From NCBI GenBank assembly GCA_044359535.1, contig JBIKLZ010000017.1, positions 1 through 21,376 on the forward strand: a stretch of DNA of 21,376 bases, written 5' to 3'. Positions 8,023 to 17,782 of the stretch are shown here, piece by piece. The stretch is from Chlamydiia bacterium (lineage in GTDB: Bacteria > Chlamydiota > Chlamydiia > Chlamydiales > 2-12-FULL-49-11). The notes beneath the pieces were generated by a model. It saw only the letters and a list, made by a program, of their open reading frames with translations, searched no databases and was not told the DNA's origin. A program made the position numbers and the translations under genes. Positions within the stretch are counted from its first letter, which is position 1. The number at the start of each line of letters is the position of its first letter.

Positions 8023-10107
8023 GTGTTTGAATTTTCAATATTACGTCGTTATCTGCAACCTAAAAGAAAGAGAATGTCTCTTGCTTTAATTGCGATAATG
8101 TCTGTATTTGTAATTTCACTTGTTGTATGGCTTTTAATCCTTTTTCTTTCTATCACAGAAGGGATAGAAAAAAATTGGCTCGGAAGACTCACCTCTTTAA
8201 ATGCCCCTATTCGAATTACCCCAACTGAAGAATATTATCGATCTTATTACCATTTGATTGATGAATATGCCTACGCTTCGGGGTACGAAAAAAAGACCTT
8301 TCATGAAAAGCTCACCTCAAAGATCACAGACCCTTATGATGAGACAATGGATAGTGAATTGCCTTTGTACGTACCAAAGCCTATACCAAATGATCGTGGT
8401 GGGGTTTTAGATCTTGCAAAAGAGGTGAACAAGTCCCTTTGTTCTATTCCAAAACAGGTAGCTCAAGTACAATTTCATGACTATCAAATGGCTGGGGCAT
8501 TGCTTAGACTTACCCTTGCACGAAAAGCTATTGATCAACCCTATTCAAACATCCCTGTTTTACACTTTTTAACTCAAGCCACCTATGTAAATTCGATCCC
8601 TTTAGATAAAGGGCCCTTACACTCTCTTATTTGTGAGCCCACTGTCTTTGATATCAATCACCTTATTTATTTAGCAGATCTTGGTAGAATTAGCAGCACA
8701 GCAGACATCCCTGAACAAGAATACAGTGAAGAATCCTCTTTAGGAGAGAGACTTTTTCCTATACTTCACAATATCCATATTCAGTCATTTAAAACATTGG
8801 ATCGATTCTCCCTTCCACAAGAGGTGATTGAAAAACCTTTGATTGCCTATGCTAAAAAAAGTCGTGGTGAGATTTTTTATTACGTTATCCCTAAAACCAT
8901 TGAATCAAAGGGTCCTGATGGAGATTTTGTCAAAGGGGTGATTAAAAAAGAGGGGGAGAGCCTCTATTTTTTTGAAAATGGATCAGAGGAAAAAGATCTT
9001 GTAGAGAGGTCTATCCCCCTTCTTCTTGGAGAACATTTTTCTTTTACAGGAACTATTGATCACCTTTCATTACTTGAAGCTGCCTCCCTTACAGATATTT
9101 TAATTTCAGCAAAAATCTCCATACAGGGAGAGCAATACACAACCGTTGTCCCTTGGAATCAAATCACAATAGAAAAGGTTGAAATTGAAAGAGAATTTTC
9201 TCACCCACCAAAAAATCCCCCACCATGGGCCTACTTTGTCGATAATCAACTTGTATTAAATCAAGATGGGGTCCTTTTACCCATTCATTTTAAGGAACAA
9301 GGGTGCTTTATTGGGGATGATGGATTCTTTTCGTTTGGAAAAACCTCTCCATTGATGGTTTCTGAACAAAGAAAAAAAATTATGACCGTCGGCTTTTACG
9401 ATCCAGGTGTCATTAATACAGGGGTTAGATACATTCTTACCTCAAGAGAGATTGTAAATAGCATCTCTTCAAAAGAGGAAAGTTTAGTGATCGATCCTTT
9501 ACAAGCTAATGGCTTTCAAGTCTGGTTTGATGACTCATTAAAAGCCTCAGAGGTGACAGCTTTCTTAAGAAACGATTTTGTTGCTCGAGGTATAGAGCCT
9601 TATTTTGCAGTAACACCCTTTTATGAGTATGATTTTGCAAAAGATTTAATTGGTCAATTTCAAAGCGACAGAGATCTATTCATGTTAGTGGGGGTAATTA
9701 TTTTACTTGTTGCAATATGCAATATTATTACCTTATTGTTACTCCTTGTCCATGACAAAAAAGCTGAAATTGGGATCTTTTTATCTTTAGGAGCCTCAAA
9801 ACTTCAAATATCTTCCATCTTTGCCTTTGCAGGGGTCTTTTTAGGAGGTATAAGTACTTTAATTGGAAGTTTTTTAGCCTATATCACCTTAAAAAACATC
9901 GATTCGTTGGTCTGGGTTTTAAATAGGATTGAGGGAAGGGATGCTTTTAACGCAGCTTTTTATGGTTCAAAACTCCCTAATGAATTTAGCGTGTTGGCTT
10001 TTACCTTTATTTTAATAGCCACCCCTCTTTTATCTTTAGGGGCAGGTTTGATTCCAGCTATAAAAGCATGTAAACTTCGTCCTTCACAAATTTTGAGGTC
10101 TGAATGA
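8023..10107 (+). CDS. ABC transporter permease, LolC/E (FtsX-like) family, probable lipoprotein release
   Basis: N-terminal 'RYL..K....S.IA' plus TM1, a long soluble region, and a C-terminal three-TM FtsX domain ('KKAEIGIFLSLGAS', 'IPAIKACKLRPSQILRSE'). ATGA overlap with the ATPase gene. Confidence 0.88.
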   Translation: MFEFSILRRYLQPKRKRMSLALIAIMSVFVISLVVWLLILFLSITEGIEKNWLGRLTSLNAPIRITPTEEYYRSYYHLIDEYAYASGYEKKTFHEKLTSKITDPYDETMDSELPLYVPKPIPNDRGGVLDLAKEVNKSLCSIPKQVAQVQFHDYQMAGALLRLTLARKAIDQPYSNIPVLHFLTQATYVNSIPLDKGPLHSLICEPTVFDINHLIYLADLGRISSTADIPEQEYSEESSLGERLFPILHNIHIQSFKTLDRFSLPQEVIEKPLIAYAKKSRGEIFYYVIPKTIESKGPDGDFVKGVIKKEGESLYFFENGSEEKDLVERSIPLLLGEHFSFTGTIDHLSLLEAASLTDILISAKISIQGEQYTTVVPWNQITIEKVEIEREFSHPPKNPPPWAYFVDNQLVLNQDGVLLPIHFKEQGCFIGDDGFFSFGKTSPLMVSEQRKKIMTVGFYDPGVINTGVRYILTSREIVNSISSKEESLVIDPLQANGFQVWFDDSLKASEVTAFLRNDFVARGIEPYFAVTPFYEYDFAKDLIGQFQSDRDLFMLVGVIILLVAICNIITLLLLLVHDKKAEIGIFLSLGASKLQISSIFAFAGVFLGGISTLIGSFLAYITLKNIDSLVWVLNRIEGRDAFNAAFYGSKLPNEFSVLAFTFILIATPLLSLGAGLIPAIKACKLRPSQILRSE

Positions 10108-10790
10108 GCAATGAAGCAGAAGTGATTTTTGAAGCAAAAAATATAGATAAGGCTTTTTTATACCCAGAAAAGGTACAGTTATTAGAAAAGGTCTCTTTAT
10201 ATGTTAAGCGGGGGGAATCAGTTTCCATTACTGGCCCCTCTGGTTCTGGAAAAAGCACCCTTTTATCCATTTTGGGAACTTTAGATAAGGCCGACAGTGG
10301 CTCTTTATTTTTATTTGGAAAGCCCCTTTTGAAGAGGGCTTATTCAAAAACCCGCAATACTCATATCGGTTTTATCTATCAAAATCACCACCTATTAGAT
10401 GAGTACACTGTCATGGAAAATTTATTGATTAAAGCACAAATTGGGAGAAAAAGGATATCAAGAAAAAGTGATTCCTATTCTTTAGCACTCTCCCTACTTG
10501 AAGGGATGAACCTTCTACATAGAAAAGATTTTACGACAAAACTATTGTCAGGAGGGGAAAAGGCTAGAGTTTCTATTGCTCGCGCTTTTATGAATGATCC
10601 AGAAATCATCCTTGCTGATGAACCCACTGGCAATCTTGATTATGAGGCTGCTTTGTTAGTTCAAGACCTTTTGTTAGAAACGTGCCGAGATCTTAATAAA
10701 TCTCTAATTGTTGTCACTCATGATAGAAGTTTTGCTCAAAGATGTGATCGAAATTATTCATTAAATGATGGACATTTTGAGCAACTATAG
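10104..10790 (+). CDS. lolD: ABC transporter ATP-binding protein, LolD-like
   Basis: Walker A GPSGSGKST, signature LSGGE, Walker B ILADEPTGNLD and VVTHD. Confidence 0.88.
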   Translation: MSNEAEVIFEAKNIDKAFLYPEKVQLLEKVSLYVKRGESVSITGPSGSGKSTLLSILGTLDKADSGSLFLFGKPLLKRAYSKTRNTHIGFIYQNHHLLDEYTVMENLLIKAQIGRKRISRKSDSYSLALSLLEGMNLLHRKDFTTKLLSGGEKARVSIARAFMNDPEIILADEPTGNLDYEAALLVQDLLLETCRDLNKSLIVVTHDRSFAQRCDRNYSLNDGHFEQL

Positions 10791-10820
10791 CCACAAAAAA
10801 AACCATACAAAAGGTAACTT

Positions 10821-11384
10821 ATGATCCACCCTCCCCTTGCTTTATATTTTGCTCTTGCCTTTTTTTATCACCTTACCCTTCCAATCCTCCCTTTTACACT
10901 CCCTGTTCTTTGTTTTGCTCCCGTGTTTTCCCTCTCTTTTTCTAGAAAATCCCTTTTTTTTTCCCTTTGGACCTCTTTTTTTATTGGACTGTTTTTTGAT
11001 TTAAGATCTGCAAGCACCCCTCTTGGCTTTTATCCCCTCCTACTTATTATTGTAACTCTTATTATTTATAGATTTAGGATCTATTTTTCAGAAAAGCAGC
11101 CCCTTGTTTTTATCATTTACACAGCCCTCTACTCCTTTGTTTATACCCTTGTTTTCTCTTTATTACATGTTATTATTGAACCAAGATTTACCCCCGCTTT
11201 GATACCCCTCATTTTTGACCTTCTCTTTTTTTCCCTTATCGATAGTTTTTATCATCTTGCATTGTTTTTTACCCCAATTGCCCTAACTCAATGGATCCTT
11301 TCAAAAACTCAAAAGAACCTACTATTGGGTCTAAAGAGGGTTTTTAGTAAAATTTCATTCCTTCAAGAAAAGGGATCAAAATGA
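10821..11384 (+). CDS. Polytopic membrane protein, probable rod-shape protein MreD
   Basis: 187 aa with about 5 hydrophobic segments and an MreD-like 'GLFFDL....PLG' motif. Confidence 0.6.
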   Translation: MIHPPLALYFALAFFYHLTLPILPFTLPVLCFAPVFSLSFSRKSLFFSLWTSFFIGLFFDLRSASTPLGFYPLLLIIVTLIIYRFRIYFSEKQPLVFIIYTALYSFVYTLVFSLLHVIIEPRFTPALIPLIFDLLFFSLIDSFYHLALFFTPIALTQWILSKTQKNLLLGLKRVFSKISFLQEKGSK

Positions 11385-12151
11385 CTTTAAGCAAGCAAGA
11401 GCTAGAACATATTTTAACAACCGTTTCCTCTGTAGCTATTGAAGTAGGTCACATTCTTGCACAAACCTTTAATCAAATGATTCTCACCACTGAAAAAACC
11501 TCCCCTCATGACCTTGTGACACAGTATGACAAAGAAAGTGAGGAGTATATTTATACAAAATTATCCAAACTTTATCCCTCATTTGGATTTTTAGGTGAGG
11601 AAAATGGGTACAGAAACTATGAAGCGAACACCCCTTTTTGGGTGGTCGATCCAATTGACGGCACTTTAAATTTTTCCAGGAGCATCCCCTCATTTGCAGT
11701 AAGTATTGCCCTTGTCCATCATAATAAATCCTATTTAGGGGTTTGTTATAACCCTATCAGTAAAGAACTTTTTACAGCCTATAAAGGGGGTGGGGCTTTT
11801 TTAAATGGGGGGAAGCTGACAATAAAATCGCCTCAAAATTTCAAAACAAGTGTCCTTTCAATCCCGCCGGGAATCCTTTTAGGAAAACCTCTTTCGGCTG
11901 TGATTCGAAGATCTGGCTCAACAGTGATCGATATTTGCTATGTTGCAAAGGGGGCAATTGATGGCTATTTTGATCCCCTCCTCAACCCTTGGGATTTTGC
12001 TGCTGCATCCCTAATTGCTGAAGAAGCCGGTGCTGAAATTTTTTCTCATCACTCTAAGATCCTTGACACCAATAAAAAATCTGACATACTAGTAGCCAAT
12101 AAACATATTGTAGATGAGTTTTTAAAATGGATATCGACGGAAGAGCGTTAG
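11381..12151 (+). CDS. suhB: Inositol monophosphatase family protein (SuhB-like)
   Basis: Motifs DLVTQYD, LGEE, WVVDPIDGTLNF, GAFLNG and PWDFAA. Confidence 0.88.
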   Translation: MTLSKQELEHILTTVSSVAIEVGHILAQTFNQMILTTEKTSPHDLVTQYDKESEEYIYTKLSKLYPSFGFLGEENGYRNYEANTPFWVVDPIDGTLNFSRSIPSFAVSIALVHHNKSYLGVCYNPISKELFTAYKGGGAFLNGGKLTIKSPQNFKTSVLSIPPGILLGKPLSAVIRRSGSTVIDICYVAKGAIDGYFDPLLNPWDFAAASLIAEEAGAEIFSHHSKILDTNKKSDILVANKHIVDEFLKWISTEER

Positions 12152-12996
12152 CACATCAAATAAAAAGATCGTTAAAAGAGGAAATCACCCTTAATCGATA
12201 TACCCCAACCCTTGCCTTTTTCTTAATGGAGGATCACGCCCCGTCAAAAGTCTATGTGGGGATGAAAGAGCAAGGGTGTAATGAATGTGGCATTCAATCT
12301 ATAAAACACATTCTAAAAAAAGAGATTTCTGAAAAGGAATTGATTTTTCTTATTGAAAAGGCTAACAAAGATCCAAACATTGATGCCATTCTTGTTCAAA
12401 TGCCACTGCCCCCTCATATCAATAGCAATCACATTATTTTATCCATTGATCCAAATAAAGATGTCGATGGGTTTCACCCATTGAATATTGGAAAGATGAT
12501 GCTAGGAGAAAAAGATGCCCTTTTGCCTTGCACCCCCCAAGGGATTTGTAAAATCCTTGAAATGGAACATATTGAAACACAAGGGAAAAATATTGTCATC
12601 CTTGGGAGAAGTATGATTGTGGGAAGACCTTTGGCACACCTGCTATCTCAAAAAGGAGTTGATGGTACTGTAACTTTACTTCATAGTAAAAGCTCACTTT
12701 TAGAAGAACACTTAAAAAATGGAGATATTGTCATAGCTGCGATTGGTTCCCCCCTGTTTATAAAGAAAGAAATGATTAAACCGGGGGCTGTTGTTATCGA
12801 TGTGGGGATCAATCGCATAAATGGAAGACTTGTGGGAGATGTCGATTATGATAATGTAAAACAGATGTGCTCTAAAATCACCCCCGTTCCAGGTGGAGTA
12901 GGGCCAATGACAATTGCAATGCTCCTTGTAAACACTGTGATATGCCACAAAAACAGCTTGAGAAGAAATGTACCTGACAAAAATCTCTCATTATAA
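12127..12996 (+). CDS. folD: Bifunctional methylenetetrahydrofolate dehydrogenase/cyclohydrolase
   Basis: YxxxK (YVGMK), LVQMPLP, KDVDGFHP, PCTP, GRSMIVGRP, DVGIN and TPVPGGVGPMT. Confidence 0.97.
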   Translation: MDIDGRALAHQIKRSLKEEITLNRYTPTLAFFLMEDHAPSKVYVGMKEQGCNECGIQSIKHILKKEISEKELIFLIEKANKDPNIDAILVQMPLPPHINSNHIILSIDPNKDVDGFHPLNIGKMMLGEKDALLPCTPQGICKILEMEHIETQGKNIVILGRSMIVGRPLAHLLSQKGVDGTVTLLHSKSSLLEEHLKNGDIVIAAIGSPLFIKKEMIKPGAVVIDVGINRINGRLVGDVDYDNVKQMCSKITPVPGGVGPMTIAMLLVNTVICHKNSLRRNVPDKNLSL

Positions 12997-13057
12997 GGTA
13001 TCAAAGAAGTAGATATACTCATGTCCTAATAAATCGGCTTTAGTGTATAGTGCGGAT

Positions 13058-14935
13058 ATGAAGTTAGAAAACGAAAAATACATCCAAGGAAAATTTTTTT
13101 TACACATTAAGGGTTTTGGTTTTGTTCAACCTGAAGATGGAGATCATCCTGAGGTCTTTATCCCCCCACGAATGAATAAAAACGCTATTTCAGGGGACAC
13201 TGTTATTGTCAAAGTGATGACAAAGTCATCACGAGGTTATGAAGGGGTGATTGATGAAGTTGTTAAACGCTCAAGAGATGAGTTTGTAGCCACTGTTATT
13301 GATGACGAAGGGAAAAATTTCATCCTTTATTCTCCCCTTATTGGAGAGAGTAAAGAAATAGTTCTTTCTAAAAATGGGAAGAAGTTTTCTATTGGGGATC
13401 GTCTTATTGTAAAAATCAGTGATTACGACAACGACCTTCTTACTGCCGAGTTTATTACATTTTTAGGAAATATTTCCAATCCATCCATTGATGTGGAAGC
13501 AGCGATACTAGAACATCAGATTCGAAATATCTTTCCAGAAGATGTTTTAAAAGAAGCTCAGCACCTTAGTATATCGGAAAAAGATCTCCTTGGAAGGGTA
13601 GATTTACGTGAAGTAGAGACAATAACTATTGACCCAACAACGGCAAAGGATTTTGATGATGCGATCACTTTATCGCGCGATGAGAAAGGAAACTACCTAC
13701 TTGGGGTCCATATAGCCGATGTCTCTCACTTTGTAAAAAAAGGGGGGGCAATTGATAAAGAGGCCTTTTTAAGAGCAAACTCCACCTATTTCCCAACAAA
13801 AGTTGTCCCGATGCTCCCAGAGGCTCTTTCCAATAATCTATGCAGCCTTGTTGAGGGAGAGGATCGACTTACCGTTTCTGTTTTACTTGAAATTTCCCCA
13901 GAAGGGGTAGTTTTAGATCAAGAGGTGACAAAAACTGTAATCAACAGTAATAAACGTTTCACTTATGATCAAGCTTATGAAATTCTATCTACAAAAAAGT
14001 ACAGCCCCCATAGACAGCTTTTAGAGGATATGCAGAAGCTATGTCACCTTTTTAAAAAGCAGCGTAAGGAAAGGGGTTCAGTAGAGTTATCCCTTCCTGA
14101 TGTTCAGGTCATTTGTGATGATACAGAGTCCCCAACCCATATTCAAACCCACCTTTATGATATCACCCATCAGATGATTGAAGAGTGTATGCTCAAAGCC
14201 AATGAAGTGGTGGCACAGATTTTAGAAGAAAGAAATGAAGGGGGGTTATATCGTGTTCATGATCAACCTGATTCGACAAATTTTGATAATTTTTTCACCT
14301 ATGTTCGTCTTTTAGGTTATACCCTCCCCCCATCGCCAACCTCTCATGACATTGCAGCTTTATTTGAACAGGCAAAAACTTCCCCCCACATTGAGCAGAT
14401 TGCGGTAAAATATATTCGTAGTCAAAAACTTGCCCTCTATTCCCCTGATAATATTGGGCATTACGGACTTGGATTAGAAAATTACTCTCACTTTACAAGC
14501 CCTATTCGTCGCTATTCAGATCTTGTGGTCCATAGAATCCTTTTCGAAGGAAAGCACGATAAAAAGGAGCTCAAGGCTGTAGCTGAAAAGTGTTCTGAAA
14601 ATGAACGAAAAAGTTTTGTTGCAGAGACCTCTGTTGTAAAATTGAAAAAATTTCGCTTGTTAGATAGTTATTTTGAAAAAGATATCGATCGCCTTTATAA
14701 AGCGGTGATCACACATGTATCTTTAAAAGGGCTTACCTTTGATCTTTGCTTACTGGGGATTGAAGGCTTTCTTTCAATGCGGGATTTAAATGATGATTAC
14801 TATATCTTTGATGACAAGCGTCTTCAACTTAAAGGGCGAAACAAAGGCTTTTCCTTTAAAATTGGTGATGAAATTTCGGTCCAACTTAATGCTATCGACC
14901 TTGTCTTTTTAGAAGCTGAATGGCTCCTTGCATAA
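13058..14935 (+). CDS. rnr: Ribonuclease R (VacB / RNase II family)
   Basis: Cold-shock domain GFGFV, catalytic TIDPTTAKDFDDA, HIADVS, HFTSPIRRYSDL and a C-terminal S1 domain. ATG 13058 is preferred to GTG 13043. Confidence 0.93.
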   Translation: MKLENEKYIQGKFFLHIKGFGFVQPEDGDHPEVFIPPRMNKNAISGDTVIVKVMTKSSRGYEGVIDEVVKRSRDEFVATVIDDEGKNFILYSPLIGESKEIVLSKNGKKFSIGDRLIVKISDYDNDLLTAEFITFLGNISNPSIDVEAAILEHQIRNIFPEDVLKEAQHLSISEKDLLGRVDLREVETITIDPTTAKDFDDAITLSRDEKGNYLLGVHIADVSHFVKKGGAIDKEAFLRANSTYFPTKVVPMLPEALSNNLCSLVEGEDRLTVSVLLEISPEGVVLDQEVTKTVINSNKRFTYDQAYEILSTKKYSPHRQLLEDMQKLCHLFKKQRKERGSVELSLPDVQVICDDTESPTHIQTHLYDITHQMIEECMLKANEVVAQILEERNEGGLYRVHDQPDSTNFDNFFTYVRLLGYTLPPSPTSHDIAALFEQAKTSPHIEQIAVKYIRSQKLALYSPDNIGHYGLGLENYSHFTSPIRRYSDLVVHRILFEGKHDKKELKAVAEKCSENERKSFVAETSVVKLKKFRLLDSYFEKDIDRLYKAVITHVSLKGLTFDLCLLGIEGFLSMRDLNDDYYIFDDKRLQLKGRNKGFSFKIGDEISVQLNAIDLVFLEAEWLLA

Positions 14936-14945
14936 GGCTTAAAAA

Positions 14946-15512
14946 TTACATTCGAGGGACTGTAATTCCTGTTTGATTCATATATTTACCCCCCCTATCG
15001 GCGTAACTTACATCACAGACTTGATCTGCCTTTAAAAAAAGGACTTGAGCTAGCCCCTCCCCTGCATAAATTTTTGCAGGTAGCGGGGTGGTGTTAGAAA
15101 TTTCAAGGGTCACCTGCCCTTCCCATTCTGGTTCAAAAGGGGTGACATTTACAATGATACCACAGCGTGCATAGGTAGATTTTCCAATACAAATAGTAAG
15201 GACATCTCGAGGGATTTTAAAGTATTCAACACTTACTGCTAGAGCAAAAGAGTTTGGAGGGACAATACAGACATCACTTTCTACCTCGACAAACTCATCA
15301 TCAGAAAAGCCTTTTGGATCGATCACTGCGTTGTGGATGTTTGTAAAGACTTTGAACTTATTTGAAACACGAAGATCATATCCATAACTAGAAAGGCCGT
15401 AGCTAATGACTTTTTCTCCATCATGCTCCCGAACAAGGTGGTCAATAAAAGGGGAAATCATCTTATCATCAAGAGCTTTTTTCTTTATCCAGCGATCAGG
15501 TTGAATTGACAT
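14946..15512 (-). CDS. dcd: dCTP deaminase
   Basis: Motifs [35 protein letters not shown] and YAGEG. ATG 15512 has a GGAGG SD (15524-15520). Confidence 0.96.
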   Translation of the reverse strand: MSIQPDRWIKKKALDDKMISPFIDHLVREHDGEKVISYGLSSYGYDLRVSNKFKVFTNIHNAVIDPKGFSDDEFVEVESDVCIVPPNSFALAVSVEYFKIPRDVLTICIGKSTYARCGIIVNVTPFEPEWEGQVTLEISNTTPLPAKIYAGEGLAQVLFLKADQVCDVSYADRGGKYMNQTGITVPRM

Positions 15513-15543
15513 ATTAAGGCCTCCAATTTTATTCTTTGATAAT

Positions 15544-15572
15544 AGCATAACCGATTCGATTATATCTAGCAA
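15544..15572 (-). promoter_or_regulatory. Putative dcd promoter
   Basis: Minus strand TTGCTA(15572-15567)-17 nt-TATGCT(15549-15544). Confidence 0.45.
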
Positions 15573-15602
15573 TTAAACCATTTTTTTACTACTCTTAAGG
15601 GT

Positions 15603-16589
15603 ATGGAAACAAAACTATCGGATGAAGAAGGGCTAGAAAAAAAGATTCGTCCCTCATTTTTATCAGAATTTATTGGGCATAACTGTATTGTTGAACGTTT
15701 ACAGATCCTTATTTCTGCAGCAAAGGTGAGAAATGAACCGCTCCCCCACATCCTTTTTCATGGACCTCCAGGTCTTGGAAAAACAACCCTATCTTTAATT
15801 CTATCAAAAGAGATGAACACCTCAATCATCCAAACATCAGGACCTGCGATTGAAAAGGCGGGGGATCTTGCTGGAATTCTCACAACCCTTTGTGAAGGGG
15901 ATATTTTATTTATCGATGAGATTCATAGAATGCCAAAAAATGTTGAGGAGTACCTATACCAAGCGATGGAGGATTTTAAACTCGATATTTTGATTGACTC
16001 AGGACCGTCAGCAAGAACTGTCTCCATATCGATAAAACCTTTTACTCTTGTAGGAGCTACAACAAAGACAGGGCTTTTGTCAGCGCCCCTTCGTACCCGC
16101 TTTCCTTTTAATGTTCGCCTTAATTTTTATGATGTTCCATCCCTTGTAAGAATTGTTGAAAGAAATGTCGATCTCTATAAGATGAACGTCGATAAAGAGG
16201 GGGTGTTAGAAATTGCGCAAAGATCCCGAGGGACCCCCCGAATTTTAAATAACCTCCTTCGATGGGTGCGGGACTGCAACGCCCACAATCAACACCTTAT
16301 TACAAAAAAAGAAACGATACATGCCCTAGAAATGCTTTCTATCGATAGAAAAGGTTTGGATGAAATGGATCTAAACATTCTTTCATGGATTATTGATCAT
16401 CATGATGGAGGGCCTGTGGGGATTAAATCAATTGCCCTAGCAATGGGAGAGGACCCAGAAACGATTGAAGAAGTTCACGAACCCTATTTGGTGATGGAAG
16501 GCTATTTAAAAAGAACCTCTCAAGGACGTGTTGCCACAGAACTTGCCTACCTTCACTTAGAAAAAAAACCTCTGAAGGAACGATTATGA
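15603..16589 (+). CDS. ruvB: Holliday junction branch migration helicase RuvB
   Basis: Motifs GPPGLGKTTL, TSGP, FIDEIHR, FTLVGATT, SRGTPR, GGPVG and EPYL. Confidence 0.98.
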   Translation: METKLSDEEGLEKKIRPSFLSEFIGHNCIVERLQILISAAKVRNEPLPHILFHGPPGLGKTTLSLILSKEMNTSIIQTSGPAIEKAGDLAGILTTLCEGDILFIDEIHRMPKNVEEYLYQAMEDFKLDILIDSGPSARTVSISIKPFTLVGATTKTGLLSAPLRTRFPFNVRLNFYDVPSLVRIVERNVDLYKMNVDKEGVLEIAQRSRGTPRILNNLLRWVRDCNAHNQHLITKKETIHALEMLSIDRKGLDEMDLNILSWIIDHHDGGPVGIKSIALAMGEDPETIEEVHEPYLVMEGYLKRTSQGRVATELAYLHLEKKPLKERL

Positions 16590-17782
16590 AAAACCTATTT
16601 ATAATTTTTTTCTTCCCCATAGCTCTTTTTGCCACCCACGGCAATCCAAGAATAGAAGACAGTGTGATAGGGAGAGAAACCATTATAAAAGTTCTTACCC
16701 ATGAAGATTTAAATGGATCTTTAATAGAAATAAAGGGGGGCTTTTTAGTTAAAGATCCAAGCACCTTAAAACAGCTTACCTCCTCTTATTTCAAAAAGCG
16801 CTTTTATTTAAGTGCCACACAACAAGGGCTTGTTTGGGGCCAATTGTTCAAAGGGATCCATCAGCTTGAAATCACCCCGAAAGACAAAAAAACATCGATC
16901 CTCATCGACGGGATACAATATAGAGGAAAGGTTACCGGTTATGACATTTCCGGAAAAATATACCTTGTGATCGAAACAAAGGTTGACGACTATGTAAAAT
17001 CGATCCTTTCAGGGCGTTTTGGCTACCGAAACCTTCACCAAACAACGCTAGAGGCTCTTGCTATTGCAATAAGGACCGACCTTTACCATAAGATTGCAAC
17101 TTCAAATAACCCCTACTGGGATCTTCAAGCAACCGATCATAAATTTAGCGGCTCATCTCAGCAAATGATTCACAGCACAGCTGAAGCAGCGGTAAAAGCG
17201 ACAAAGAATTTAATCATGATCTATAAAAACCGCCCCTTTCCGACAGACTGGTCAGAAAATTGTGGGGGAAAAACAGCCTCCTATAAAACCATTTTTTGCA
17301 AAGAGGTAAACTCCCCCCCTGGAGTGTTTGTCCCTTTTGCCCAAAAAATGCGCAACCAAAGCAAGTGGAAATGCTCTATTTCCAAAAGGGTTTTAGCAAA
17401 AGCTTTAGGTCTTGAAACTATTGAGTCTATTGAACTTTCTAAAGAGGGTGTAACAGATAAAGTCTATGCAATCACATTTAAAGGTCCAAACCTCACATTT
17501 TCAGAATTAAGTTTTATAGATTTCCAAAAGTTAATTGGGGAAAATAGGGTGCAAAGCAATGATTTCACTATTAAAAGCATCGATGAAAGGATCGAGTGTT
17601 TTGGATATGGAAAGGGCCTTGGGGTAGGTATTTGCCTCCTTTCTGCAAAAGAAATGGCTGAATCCAATACATCCACAGCAAGGGTTCTTTCTCATTTTTT
17701 CCCGGAGACAAAGATTATGAAGCTTGAGTTTGTCCCTCAAGTATTTTTTGAAGCAGGCTCCGACACAGAGGAAGATGTTTAA
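16586..17782 (+). CDS. SpoIID/LytB-domain protein (peptidoglycan lytic transglycosylase-like)
   Basis: Signal peptide, 'YRG', 'DYVKSIL', 'EALAIAIRT', 'AVKAT', 'CGGKT' and 'GYGKGLGVGIC...A..MA'. The position after ruvB matches chlamydial gene order. Confidence 0.8.
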   Translation: MKNLFIIFFFPIALFATHGNPRIEDSVIGRETIIKVLTHEDLNGSLIEIKGGFLVKDPSTLKQLTSSYFKKRFYLSATQQGLVWGQLFKGIHQLEITPKDKKTSILIDGIQYRGKVTGYDISGKIYLVIETKVDDYVKSILSGRFGYRNLHQTTLEALAIAIRTDLYHKIATSNNPYWDLQATDHKFSGSSQQMIHSTAEAAVKATKNLIMIYKNRPFPTDWSENCGGKTASYKTIFCKEVNSPPGVFVPFAQKMRNQSKWKCSISKRVLAKALGLETIESIELSKEGVTDKVYAITFKGPNLTFSELSFIDFQKLIGENRVQSNDFTIKSIDERIECFGYGKGLGVGICLLSAKEMAESNTSTARVLSHFFPETKIMKLEFVPQVFFEAGSDTEEDV

